Source: an uncultured bacterium (lineage in GTDB: Bacteria; Margulisbacteria; WOR-1; CAVSGV01). From it: a DNA stretch of 32,000 nt. The notes under the pieces were generated by a model. That model was not told where the DNA came from. It searched no databases and worked only from the letters and a program-made list of their open reading frames with translations. Position numbers and translations under genes: made by a program. Within the stretch, counting starts at the first letter, position 1. Every line of letters begins with the position of its first letter. This document shows positions 8,014 through 17,129 of the stretch, in pieces. Where the stretch lies: NCBI GenBank assembly GCA_963699255.1, contig OY969425.1:210001-242000 (forward strand), in the 5' to 3' direction.

Positions 8014-8039
8014 GGGAATTAAGGGTTATGTAAAACATT

Positions 8040-8909
8040 ATGCACATGAAAAAAATTATACTTTTTTTGATCGTTACTTCTGTTCTTGCTTCTGTCGCTT
8101 ACACAGCCGATAAAAAATTCGCTTCCACTTACATAAGCGACGGCATCGCGAATTACGAACAGGGGAATTACCTTGAGGCCATTTTGAACTTACGATCCGC
8201 GGGGCAGCTTTCGCCGAACAATCCGGTCACAGTTTACAAATATCTCGGGATGTCTTACAGCCAACTTTCGCTCTGGCAGCAGGCGGTGAAGGAGTTCTGC
8301 AAGATACTATATATCAGCCCCGACGACCCGGAGAGGGGAGCTATCATAAACAAGATACATGACTGGGAAAAGGAAAAAGAATATGTCCCCATGATGGCGA
8401 AATATTCTTTCTACAGCATAAAATATAAGAATAAGATATGGGCAGAACCGAATAATCTGCTTAATTATTTGAGCCTTACCGAAATATACAAATGCAGCGG
8501 CAGATATGAAGAAGCGGAGAACTTTTTTAAAGCGCTTGTTAAAGGCAGGCCCGAAAAGATCGATTTTAAAAAATATTACGCGGAGGTCCTGTTCCTGGAT
8601 AAGAAATACGGTGAAGCGGGGGGGCTCTATGATCAGATCCTTGATGACGAGCCCCTTAATACCGATGCGATCATCGGGTTGAACCTGATATTAAAGAAGC
8701 GTTATGAAGATATTCTTGCCAAGCGGCCCGAGAACGTGCAAACCTATATAAAATTAGCAAGGGTTTTCAGGGACATGAAAAGGTATGAGGATGCCATATC
8801 AGCGTATGGAGCATATTTGGAAAAAGACAGCGCCAATGTCGAGGTAAGAAGAGAAATGGAAGAAACAAATAAGATACTTACTGCCGTCAGCTCCAGCGCC
8901 GCTTTCTGA
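8040..8909 (+). CDS. TPR-repeat protein with N-terminal signal/anchor segment
   Basis: 289 aa. A hydrophobic N-terminus (KKIILFLIVTSVLASVAYTA) is followed by several 34-residue TPR-like units (e.g. GNYLEAILNLRSAGQLSPNN, KRYEDAISAYGAYLEKDSAN). Confidence 0.7.
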   Translation: MHMKKIILFLIVTSVLASVAYTADKKFASTYISDGIANYEQGNYLEAILNLRSAGQLSPNNPVTVYKYLGMSYSQLSLWQQAVKEFCKILYISPDDPERGAIINKIHDWEKEKEYVPMMAKYSFYSIKYKNKIWAEPNNLLNYLSLTEIYKCSGRYEEAENFFKALVKGRPEKIDFKKYYAEVLFLDKKYGEAGGLYDQILDDEPLNTDAIIGLNLILKKRYEDILAKRPENVQTYIKLARVFRDMKRYEDAISAYGAYLEKDSANVEVRREMEETNKILTAVSSSAAF

Positions 8910-8917
8910 TCAAAGGA

Positions 8918-9508
8918 TCATAGCCTGAAAATAAGGCTGATGAAAGTTATTGCCCCGAATAAGATGAAAACAACGCCGGACAGGTAATTGATGATCCTTT
9001 CAGGGAGGTAATTCTTCAGAACATTCCCGATCACGATCCCGAAAATATTGACCAGCACAATGCTGAGGGTCGCGCCTATCCATATTTGAACGGGTGCGCC
9101 GTACTTTGCGGTAAGGGCAAAGGTCGCAAGCTGGGTCTTATCTCCGATCTCAGCCAAAAAGAAAGAACCGAAAACGATCCAGAAAGGGTCGTTCGATCTT
9201 ATTGTCGGCTTGCCGACCTCTTTCTTTTCTTCTGCCTTTGTGATAGGCGCTATCATCATCAACCCGTAGATAATAAAGAACGCTCCGGCAAGAATGGAAA
9301 TGAAGATCATGGGGACTAATCTTTTAATGATCCCTCCAAGAAGCACGGCTATGAACATCAACAAAGCGGACGCGCAGAAGGTGCCGTAGATGACTTTTTC
9401 CATAGGATACTTCGCGGCAAGCGTAAGGGTCAAGATCTGTGTCTTATCGCCGAGTTCAGCAATGCTGATCAGCAAAAAGGAAATGATCAGCGGCATGATG
9501 AGGTGCAT
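8918..9508 (-). CDS. UPF0016 / GDT1 / TMEM165-family cation (Mn2+/Ca2+) transporter
   Basis: 196 aa polytopic membrane protein with the duplicated family signature E-x-G-D-K-T (AELGDKTQ and AEIGDKTQ). Confidence 0.85.
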   Translation of the reverse strand: MHLIMPLIISFLLISIAELGDKTQILTLTLAAKYPMEKVIYGTFCASALLMFIAVLLGGIIKRLVPMIFISILAGAFFIIYGLMMIAPITKAEEKKEVGKPTIRSNDPFWIVFGSFFLAEIGDKTQLATFALTAKYGAPVQIWIGATLSIVLVNIFGIVIGNVLKNYLPERIINYLSGVVFILFGAITFISLIFRL

Positions 9509-10380
9509 CAGTAGATCACCTTGTTCAGGGGATATTCAACGATCCCGGAGGCCCCGGCTCTTTTTAGCTTGGGCACCAGGTCCCGGACGGTCTTTTCATC
9601 AACGATCGTATCTACATCGATCCATGATTCATCGGATAATTTTGAGATAGTGGGTTTTTGAAGAGATGGCAGGATGGACAGTATCTCCTTCAGCTTTCCG
9701 CTGGGCACGTTCATTTTAAGGCCGACCTTCGTTTCTGCGTTAAGCGCGCCCTGTAGAAGCATCAGGATGTTCTCTATCTTATCTTTTTTCCAGGCGTCTT
9801 TTATCGCTGTTTTGTTCGCGATGAGCGTGGTCGCGGATTCCAGGACGGTATCAATGATCTTAAGGTTGTTCGCTTTAAGCGATGAGCCTGTTTCTGTCAG
9901 CTCGACTATCGCGTCAGCCAGCTCTGGCGGCTTGGCTTCCGTCGCCCCCCATGAAAATTCAACATCGGCGTCCACGTTGTTCTTTTTGAAATACTTTTTG
10001 GTGACTTCGACAAGCTCCGTCGCTATCCGTTTTCCCTGGCAGTCCTGGACGCTCTTGATCTTTCCGTCGGCGGGAGCGGCGAGGACCCATTGGACTTTTC
10101 TAAGTCCCTGTTTCGCGTAAACAAGCTCGGCGATCTTTTCGACTTTGCATCCGCTTTCCTCGACCCAGTCGGAACCGGTAAGCCCGGCATCGAGAACGCC
10201 CTGTTCAACATAGCGCGCCATTTCCTGCGCCCTGATGAGCATTATTTCAAGCTCTTCGTCATCCACGCTGGGAAAGTAAGACCTGGCGGAAACCCGAACA
10301 TTGAAGCCCGCTTTCTTAAGGAGCTCGAAAGTGGATTCTTGAAGACTTCCTTTTGGAATACCTAATTTTAGCTTGTTCAT
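9508..10380 (-). CDS. hisG: ATP phosphoribosyltransferase, long form (HisG)
   Basis: 290 aa. The N-terminus [23 protein letters not shown], the pattern LTGSDWV...ELVEV...TGSSL and a C-terminal regulatory-domain-sized extension fit HisG. No other his genes are nearby. Confidence 0.88.
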   Translation of the reverse strand: MNKLKLGIPKGSLQESTFELLKKAGFNVRVSARSYFPSVDDEELEIMLIRAQEMARYVEQGVLDAGLTGSDWVEESGCKVEKIAELVYAKQGLRKVQWVLAAPADGKIKSVQDCQGKRIATELVEVTKKYFKKNNVDADVEFSWGATEAKPPELADAIVELTETGSSLKANNLKIIDTVLESATTLIANKTAIKDAWKKDKIENILMLLQGALNAETKVGLKMNVPSGKLKEILSILPSLQKPTISKLSDESWIDVDTIVDEKTVRDLVPKLKRAGASGIVEYPLNKVIY

Positions 10381-10390
10381 AGTGATTTAA

Positions 10391-10419
10391 ATGATACTAG
10401 AAGAGTGAAGGGTTGTCAA
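10391..10419 (-). promoter_or_regulatory. sigma70-type promoter TTGACA-17-TATCAT, 10 nt before the hisG ATG
   Basis: On the minus strand TTGACA is the reverse complement of 10414-10419 and TATCAT of 10391-10396. No SD lies between it and the ATG at 10380. Confidence 0.5.
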
Positions 10420-10441
10420 ACCTAAGGGGGGCAGGTTGTGC

Positions 10442-10470
10442 TTGAACTTTAGGCATTGTTGGGGCATAAT
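10442..10470 (+). promoter_or_regulatory. sigma70-type promoter TTGAAC-17-CATAAT, 8 nt before the GTG of the acyl ligase
   Basis: TTGAAC at 10442-10447 and CATAAT at 10465-10470. An in-frame TAA at 10467-10469 makes GTG 10479 the first possible start. No SD is present. Confidence 0.45.
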
Positions 10471-10478
10471 TCCAAGCC

Positions 10479-12119
10479 GTGCAGGAAGCGAAATATATAA
10501 CTCTCAAAGACCTCTTGAGGCAAAGCGCTCAAAAATTCAACGATAACCTCGCTTTTCAGATAAAAAGGGATGAAAAATACGTCAAATATACATATTCTGA
10601 CGTTGAGAAATTCGCTACCGGGCTTATCGCAAAGCTTAAAAGCCTGGGTATAAGGAAGGACGATAAGGTCGCTATACTTTCCGAGAACCGCCCCGAATGG
10701 CCGATCTCCTACCTCGCCGTTACCGGCATGGGCGCTGTCGCGGTCCCTCTGGATGCTCTGGGAACTGAATATGACCTGAAGGGAATAATAGCCCACTCGG
10801 AAGCGAAAGGCGTAATAGTTTCGGATAAATTTTTCGATTTCATTAAAAGCGCAGAGACCCTTAAATTCATTATCTCAATGGACAAAGACTTTGAAGGGTT
10901 GGAAGCTGGAGCCTCCGCGGATTACGGATATGATGTGTCTCCCGATGACCTTGCCGCGATAGTTTATACGTCCGGCACCACTGGCATACCGAAAGGCGTC
11001 ATGCTGACGCACAAGAACATCACGACGAACTTTATCACAGGCAGCGATCTGTTCGAGATCGGGCCGACCGATATGACACTGTCCGTGCTGCCGATACATC
11101 ATATGTTCGAGACCATAGCTGGATTTCTTGCAATGTTCTACTGCGGCGCAAGGGTAACATACGCGGAGAGCCTTAAATCCTTTAAGCTGATACAGAACAT
11201 GGTGGAGACGGGAACTACACTTATAATTGGGGTGCCGATGCTTTATCAGCTTTTTTATGACGGGATATTAAGGGAGGTAGAGGAAAAAGGCCCGGCCTTC
11301 GGCTTTATTTTCAGGACATTGTTCCTGGTCTCAAGAACAGTTCGGGCGCTGTTCAATGTGAATATAGGCAGGGTCCTGTTCGCGCAGGTGCATAAGAAGC
11401 TCGGCGGGCATATCAGGTTCTGGGTAAGCGGAGGAGCGGCGATCGACCCGGAACTGCTGAACAACTTCGACCTTATGGGGCTCGTGATAATCCAGGGATA
11501 TGGATTGACGGAATCTTCTCCCGTCATCTCCGCGAACAGCCTTTCAAATAACAAATACGGCTCTGTCGGCAGGCCGATATCCGGGGTCTGCGTGAAAATA
11601 GTCAACGATGAAATTCTGGCGAGCGGCCCTAACATCATGCGGGGGTATTTCAAGATGCCGGAAGAAACGGAAAAGGTCCTGCAGGACGGCTGGCTTTATA
11701 CCGGAGATATCGGATATCTCGATAAGGACCGATATCTGTATATAACAGGAAGATTAAAGGACGTGATAGTTACGAGCTCCGGACTTAATGTCTATCCTGA
11801 CGAGGTAGAGTTCGAATTGAACAAGATCCCGTACATCAAGGAATCCTGCGTTATCGGGCGGAAGAGGAAGGGGAGCGAAGAGGTTTTTGCGGTGGTTTCA
11901 GCTAATATCGAATATTTTGAAAGGACGGGATTATCCATCGAGGCGAATTCAATGTACGGCGCCATATTTGACGCGGTCCAGAAGTTGAACGAGAAACTGC
12001 CGATGCACAAAAGGATCTCCGGCATCGAAGTAAGGCATACCGAATTCCCCAGGACATCCACAAAGAAGATAAAGAAGTTCGTCGTAAGGAAGGAGATGGA
12101 AAAAATTTGGCAGAGCTAG
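10479..12119 (+). CDS. AMP-dependent long-chain acyl-CoA/ACP ligase (FadD/FAA1-like)
   Basis: 546 aa with the AMP-binding signature YTSGTTGIPKGVMLTH, plus GYGLTE, YTGDIGYLD and a late conserved Lys region. Confidence 0.85.
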   Translation: MQEAKYITLKDLLRQSAQKFNDNLAFQIKRDEKYVKYTYSDVEKFATGLIAKLKSLGIRKDDKVAILSENRPEWPISYLAVTGMGAVAVPLDALGTEYDLKGIIAHSEAKGVIVSDKFFDFIKSAETLKFIISMDKDFEGLEAGASADYGYDVSPDDLAAIVYTSGTTGIPKGVMLTHKNITTNFITGSDLFEIGPTDMTLSVLPIHHMFETIAGFLAMFYCGARVTYAESLKSFKLIQNMVETGTTLIIGVPMLYQLFYDGILREVEEKGPAFGFIFRTLFLVSRTVRALFNVNIGRVLFAQVHKKLGGHIRFWVSGGAAIDPELLNNFDLMGLVIIQGYGLTESSPVISANSLSNNKYGSVGRPISGVCVKIVNDEILASGPNIMRGYFKMPEETEKVLQDGWLYTGDIGYLDKDRYLYITGRLKDVIVTSSGLNVYPDEVEFELNKIPYIKESCVIGRKRKGSEEVFAVVSANIEYFERTGLSIEANSMYGAIFDAVQKLNEKLPMHKRISGIEVRHTEFPRTSTKKIKKFVVRKEMEKIWQS

Positions 12120-12352
12120 AACAGGAGATAAAGACCATGGTCTCGAAGATCATCAAGGTTGAAGAGAGCAGGATCGATCCTAACGTCAACATATTCAGTG
12201 AATACGGCGTCGATTCCCTGCTCGGGGTCGAGATCCTGGCCGGGCTCGACAAGAAATACGGCATTGATATTCCGGAGCAAAAAATAAGGGAGATAAAGTC
12301 CCTTAACGATATCATCAGGATCGCAAAAGAATTGATATCAAAGAAAGCTTGA
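12107..12352 (+). CDS. acyl carrier protein (dedicated, cluster-associated)
   Basis: 81 aa with the phosphopantetheine attachment motif GVDSLLGVEI. The TTG start (13-nt overlap with the ligase) places the Ser near residue 37, as in canonical ACPs. ATG 12137 is an alternative start. Confidence 0.75.
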   Translation: MAELEQEIKTMVSKIIKVEESRIDPNVNIFSEYGVDSLLGVEILAGLDKKYGIDIPEQKIREIKSLNDIIRIAKELISKKA

Positions 12353-12356
12353 GGAA

Positions 12357-13097
12357 ATGAACGAAGGAACATCCGAGTGCTGGAGAAAGATGATAAGGGC
12401 CGATGAGGCCGTTCCCGAGGATTTCTTAAAAGGGTTCAGGTCGCACCTTGAAATATTCAGGCCTCTGTTCTTCGCTGTGATAAATATTTTGTGCAGGGTA
12501 TATTTTCGGGTAAAAGTAATAGGCCTTTCCAACATTCCCAATGACCCGCCTTACATAATCGCGCCGAACCATGAAAGCGCTCTAGACCAGACAATGGTAT
12601 CTTACGCCATGGGCGGGAAAAGGAGAGAGCAGCTTTACACTCTCGCGGTGAAACATTTTTACGACAGACCCGTTGCCAGGGTTTTCATGAAAATAGCGGC
12701 GAACGTCATGCGGATCGATTCTGAGGATGATTTTTTCCCGGCCCTGAGGTCGGCCGTAAAGGTCCTGAAAAAAGGCAAATCGATCTATATCAATCCCGAG
12801 GGCACCAGGTCCCAGTCAGGGGAGCTTCTTCCTTTCAAAGTAGGGGTGGGGATACTGGCGGTGGAAACTGATGTCCCGATAGTCCCCGTTTACATCGATG
12901 GAACGTTCAGGTCAATGCCCCCGGGCAGCGTTATTCCGAAACCCACCGGGATCACGGTGATTTTCGGCAGTCCGATATATATGGATGAATATATAAAGCG
13001 GAAGCAGACGGAGATGGCCTATGATGTTTACAAGTCAGTTGCCGACGAGCTATTCAAAAGGGTTTGTTCTCTGAAAGTCCGGCAGGAACACCTCTGA
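12357..13097 (+). CDS. PlsC/LPLAT-family lysophospholipid acyltransferase
   Basis: 246 aa with the HX4D motif (APNHESALD) and the NPEGTRS motif of glycerolipid acyltransferases. It begins 4 nt after the ACP stop. Confidence 0.8.
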   Translation: MNEGTSECWRKMIRADEAVPEDFLKGFRSHLEIFRPLFFAVINILCRVYFRVKVIGLSNIPNDPPYIIAPNHESALDQTMVSYAMGGKRREQLYTLAVKHFYDRPVARVFMKIAANVMRIDSEDDFFPALRSAVKVLKKGKSIYINPEGTRSQSGELLPFKVGVGILAVETDVPIVPVYIDGTFRSMPPGSVIPKPTGITVIFGSPIYMDEYIKRKQTEMAYDVYKSVADELFKRVCSLKVRQEHL

Positions 13098-14012
13098 ACT
13101 GTACAGTTCCTGGATCAAAATATTACTGAGCCCCGCTTCTTTTGCCCATCTTACCGCTTTTTTGTATTCGTCTCCGGTTATGGGGCGCCCCAGCTCAGGG
13201 TCGTCGACCGCTTTGTAACAGGGCCTGTACTGCGCCATTATCCCGACATGAACATTTATTGATATTTCATTCGCAAGAAAATCGAACACTTTCTTACTTC
13301 CGGCCAGATCATTTGGAAGAACAAGATGCCTCACAAGAAGCCCTTTTATTGCTAACCCGTTCCCGTCCAGTTCCAGATTACCCACTTGCCTGTACATTTC
13401 TTTTAACGCGGCCTTGTTGTAAGTGAAATATTCGGGGGCATTTGAAAGGCTTATAGCCGTATTATTCGCGCTGTATTTCATGTCGGGGAGATAAATGTCC
13501 ACGATCCCGTCCAGCATTTCCAGTGTTTCGGCTTTTTCGTACCCGTTGGTGTTATATACAAGAGGAATGTGTAAACCCTTTTCCGTGGCAGTGGCCAAGG
13601 CGCTGATTATGTTCGGCAGGTAATGTGTTGGAGACACCAGATTTATGTTATGGCAACCCTTTGACTGGAGCATAAGCATCATTCCGGCAAGCTGTTCATC
13701 GCTTATTTCATCTCCAATGCCTTCCTTGCTTATCTGGTAATTTTGGCAGAATTTGCAGCGCAGGTTGCAATTCGAGAAAAATATGGTTCCGGAGCCTTTT
13801 TCACCTGTTATCATCGGCTCCTCTCCGAAGTGGGGCGTTGCGGAAGAAACTTTCGCCTTATCAGCGCTGTTGCATACTCCGTCCCTGCCGGAGGTCCTGT
13901 CGATCCGGCAGTCCCACGGACACAGGGTGCAACACCTGTAGATCGTCTTAAGTTTTTCCGCCCGCTTTTTCAGCTCGCCCGATCCAAAAAGATCTAAGTA
14001 TTTTGGCTGCAT
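13050..14012 (-). CDS. radical SAM protein, PflX-type (PFL-activase homolog, COG1313-like)
   Basis: 320 aa. It has an N-terminal Cys cluster CTLCPWDC...GVC, then HFGEEP...GSGTIFFSNCNLRCKFCQNYQIS (CX3CX2C). Confidence 0.8.
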   Translation of the reverse strand: MQPKYLDLFGSGELKKRAEKLKTIYRCCTLCPWDCRIDRTSGRDGVCNSADKAKVSSATPHFGEEPMITGEKGSGTIFFSNCNLRCKFCQNYQISKEGIGDEISDEQLAGMMLMLQSKGCHNINLVSPTHYLPNIISALATATEKGLHIPLVYNTNGYEKAETLEMLDGIVDIYLPDMKYSANNTAISLSNAPEYFTYNKAALKEMYRQVGNLELDGNGLAIKGLLVRHLVLPNDLAGSKKVFDFLANEISINVHVGIMAQYRPCYKAVDDPELGRPITGDEYKKAVRWAKEAGLSNILIQELYSSEVFLPDFQRTNPFE

Positions 14013-14016
14013 AATG

Positions 14017-15138
14017 TTACAGGAATCTCATGAAGACTTCGTTTGCCAGATATAGCCCGCTCTCGGTCAACCTAACGTATTTCCCGTTCATTTCTATCAG
14101 TTTCTCGTCCATCAGTTCTGCCAGCTCTTTTTTGTATATCTCGCGCATCCCTATCCCGAACCTGTTCGTGAAGTCGTTCAGGTGGAAACCTTTCAGCAGG
14201 CGCAGCCCCAGGAAGATCATTTCCTGCATGCTTTCCTTCTTTGTGTTAACGTGTTCCGTCTTTATGGCCGCAAGATCTTTAGACAGGTATTTTTCCAGAT
14301 AAGGGGTGTTCTCTATCCTTATGTTGTTGATAAAAGAATGCGCTCCGGCCCCGACGCCTATGTAACCCTGCATGGTCCAGTAGGTTATGTTATGCGCGCA
14401 TTCAAATCCTTTGCGGGCGAAATTCGATATCTCGTAATGCCCGTAGCCGTGTTCCTTGAGAAAGGCGATGGCCAGCTTGTACATTTTAAGCTCATCTTCT
14501 TCTTCGGGCAGGCGCAAGCTCCCCTCCAGTTTTTCTGTCGCGAACGGAGTACCTTCCTCTATCTGAAGGTTGTAAGTCGAGATATGCTCGGGATTAAGCT
14601 TGACGGCCTTCGCCAGGGATCCCTGCCAGTCATTGATGTTCTCTTCCGGGAGCGCGAACATCAGGTCGAGATTGACGTTCTTGATACCCGCTTCCCTTAT
14701 AAGATCATACGCTTCGGTGATCTCGTGCTCCAGGTGGATCCTGCCGAGTTTTTTTAGGAGCGCGTTATCGAATACCTGCGCTCCGAGGCTTATCCTGTTC
14801 ACTCCCGATCCGATCAAGGTTTTCAGTTTCTCTTTTGTGACCGTTCCCGGATTTGCCTCAAATGAGATCTCCGCATCTGGCTGGACATCAAAGTCCTTTT
14901 TTATGGATTCAAACAGGGAGGAAATATGTTCTTCAGGAAGGAGAGTGGGTGTCCCTCCTCCCACGAATATCGTTCTTATGCTGGGCCTGTCATACAGGGA
15001 CGAATAGTATCCAAGCTCGGCTTTAAGCGCTTCGATGTATTCCGGGATAAGGCTTTCACGCCCGGCATAAGAAGGAAAATCGCAGTAGGCGCATTTTCTT
15101 TTGCAAAATGGGATATGAATATATAAAGAGTAAGACAT
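14017..15138 (-). CDS. hemW: radical SAM heme chaperone HemW (HemN-like)
   Basis: 373 aa with the N-terminal motif YIHIPFCKRKCAYCDF and GGGTPT. The lepA-hemW neighbourhood is conserved. Confidence 0.88.
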   Translation of the reverse strand: MSYSLYIHIPFCKRKCAYCDFPSYAGRESLIPEYIEALKAELGYYSSLYDRPSIRTIFVGGGTPTLLPEEHISSLFESIKKDFDVQPDAEISFEANPGTVTKEKLKTLIGSGVNRISLGAQVFDNALLKKLGRIHLEHEITEAYDLIREAGIKNVNLDLMFALPEENINDWQGSLAKAVKLNPEHISTYNLQIEEGTPFATEKLEGSLRLPEEEDELKMYKLAIAFLKEHGYGHYEISNFARKGFECAHNITYWTMQGYIGVGAGAHSFINNIRIENTPYLEKYLSKDLAAIKTEHVNTKKESMQEMIFLGLRLLKGFHLNDFTNRFGIGMREIYKKELAELMDEKLIEMNGKYVRLTESGLYLANEVFMRFL

Positions 15139-15158
15139 TGCTATTAAACCTCACCCTG

Positions 15159-15237
15159 AAACCCCTTCTGTCTCTCGCTTGCGCTCGAGACATCTCCCCC
15201 TTACTAAGGGGGAGATACAGAGGGGGTTTTGTCATTT
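15159..15237. repeat. composite structured spacer between lepA and hemW
   Basis: Outer arms 15159-15174 and 15212-15229 are complementary. Inside lie the word CTCGCTTGCGCTCG (15174-15187) and the perfect hairpin CTCCCCCTTA-C-TAAGGGGGAG (15194-15214). It ends with GGGGTTTTGTCATTT (15223-15237), which contains the lepA stop codon. Confidence 0.65.
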
Positions 15238-17015
15238 GATCTTTAGGACCGCCATGAAGGCTTCCTGTGGGACATCAACCCTCCCGATACGCTTCATTCT
15301 TTTTTTGCCTTCTTTTTGCTTTTCAAGGAGTTTTCTTTTCCTTGTCACGTCCCCGCCGTAGCATTTCTGCAGGACGTTCTTCCTCATCGCGGGTATCGTC
15401 TCCCTGGAAATGACGCGGCTGCCGATCGCCGCCTGTATCGGGATCTCGAACTGATGCCTCGGGATCACCTCTTTCAGCTTTTCCACAAGCGCCTTGCCTT
15501 TATAGTAGGCATTATCTTTGTGCACTATGAAGGAAAGGGAATCCACCGGTTCCTGGTTGAGGAGGACATCCACTTTAACAAGATCGGATTCGCGGTATCC
15601 TATCAGTTCGTAATCCATGGATGCATATCCTTTTGTGGCTGACTTGAGCAGGTCGTGGAATTCCGTTATCACCTCCGCGAGAGGCATCTCGTAAGTCAGC
15701 ATCACCCTTGTCGGCTCAAGATATTCCATGTTCTTGAAAGTGCCTCTCTTGTTCTGGCATATCTCAAGGACCCCCCGACATAATTTTGAGGGACAAAAAT
15801 GGTCATCTTAAGATAAGGTTCTTCTATCGATCGGACCTCAGCCATATTAGGAAGCTTGGCGGGACTGTCTATGAAGATGGATGTGTTGTCGGTTTTATTC
15901 ACTTTGTATACGACGCTCGGCGCCGTCGCGATGATGTCGAGCCCGTATTCCCGTTCAAGTCTTTCCTGGATTATTTCAAGGTGGAGAAGTCCCAGGAATC
16001 CGCACCTGAAGCCCAGACCCAGTGCTGCCGAAGTCTCCGGTTCAAAGAAAAGCGAAGCGTCGTTCAGCTGAAGTTTTTCTATCGCGTCGCGCAGTTCGTG
16101 ATATTTTTCCGCCGACACAGGGAAGAAACCGCAGAAGACCATCGGCTTTGCCTTCTTGTAGCCCGGAAGTGGCGAACTTGAGGGATGCCTTGCATCGGTC
16201 AAGGTGTCGCCGACGTGCGCCTGCTTCAGGTCCTTTATGTTCGCGATGACATAACCCACCTCTCCCGCGGATAGCTCATCTTTCGGGATGAAATCGATCT
16301 TTAATATTCCCACCTCCTGCACTTCGAATTCCGCGGATGCTCCCATCATCCTGATGATCATGTCTTTTTTTACCTTTCCGTTGAAGACACGCACGTATAT
16401 GACAACCCCGCGGTATGAATCATACTTTGAATCAAATATCAGGGCCTGAAGAGGGGAGTTGTAATCTCCGGACGGAGGAGGGACTTTCTCTACTATCGCG
16501 TCGAGTATCTGCGGTATGCCGGTCCCTTCTTTCGCGCTGGCGAGGATTATTTCGTCCTCCGAGAAGCCGAAGAGGTTCTTGAATTCCTCGATGATCTTTT
16601 TCGGCTCCGCGTTGACCATATCGATCTTATTAACAACGGGGATGATCTTCAGGTTGTTCGCCATTGCCAGATGCGCATTTGCCAGGGTCTGGGCTTCCGC
16701 GCCCTGGGTGGCATCTATCACCAGTATCGCGCCTTCGCACGCGGCCAGAGCTCTGGATACCTCATATGTAAAGTCAACATGCCCCGGGGTATCTATCAGG
16801 TTAAGAACATAGTCTTTATACTGCATCCTGATCGCCTGGGATTTGATCGTGATGCCCCTCTCTCGCTCCAGGTCCATTGTATCCAGCACCTGCTCGCGCA
16901 TCTGTCTTTTGTCTATTGTTTTTGTTTCTTCAAGCAGCCTGTCTGCGAGAGTGGACTTGCCGTGATCTATGTGTGCTATTATCGAGAAGTTGCGTATTTT
17001 TGATATTTCCGTCAC
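15232..17015 (-). pseudogene. lepA: elongation factor 4 (LepA), interrupted by a 1-nt frameshift in a homopolymer
   Basis: ORF 15702-17015 carries the GTPase N-terminus ([21 protein letters not shown]). ORF 15232-15729 carries the LepA C-terminus ([10 protein letters not shown]...GYASMDYE...[21 protein letters not shown]). They join if the G6 run (C6 at 15771-15776 on the + strand) were G7. Confidence 0.9.
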
Positions 17016-17022
17016 ACAAATA

Positions 17023-17031
17023 ATTTTAGCA
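17023..17031 (-). promoter_or_regulatory. extended -10 TGcTAAAAT, 7 nt before the lepA GTG (leaderless geometry)
   Basis: The minus strand reads tttaTGcTAAAATtatttgtGTG. No SD is present. Confidence 0.4.
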
Positions 17032-17078
17032 TAAACTTGGGATTTTTATACATTTATTACGATATAGAAACGGGATAA

Positions 17079-17107
17079 TTGACGCGTATTTTATAGGTTG
17101 ATATACT
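17079..17107 (+). promoter_or_regulatory. sigma70-type promoter TTGACG-17-TATACT for the SLH-domain gene
   Basis: TTGACG at 17079-17084 and TATACT at 17102-17107. The ORF-track start at 17112 would lie upstream of the predicted TSS, which favours TTG 17130 with GGGGTG 6 nt upstream. Confidence 0.5.
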
Positions 17108-17129
17108 GATTTTGTGCGGGGTGTTCATT

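Noticed and set aside
9508-10478. Looked for a histidine attenuator or T-box upstream of hisG, and for a yybP-ykoY Mn riboswitch upstream of the UPF0016 gene.
   Set aside because: The hisG upstream region is only 98 bp and is filled by two divergent promoters, with no His-codon leader peptide or T-box stem. The UPF0016 start overlaps the hisG stop, leaving no room for a riboswitch.
14182-14757. 191-aa plus-strand ORF. Similar long antisense ORFs occur at 5940-6416, 9674-10120, 11902-12372, 22246-22809 and 26054-26517.
   Set aside because: Each overlaps a confidently identified gene on the other strand (hemW, mnmA, hisG, the ligase/ACP, flavin reductase, the kinase-like gene). They carry no motifs or start signals.
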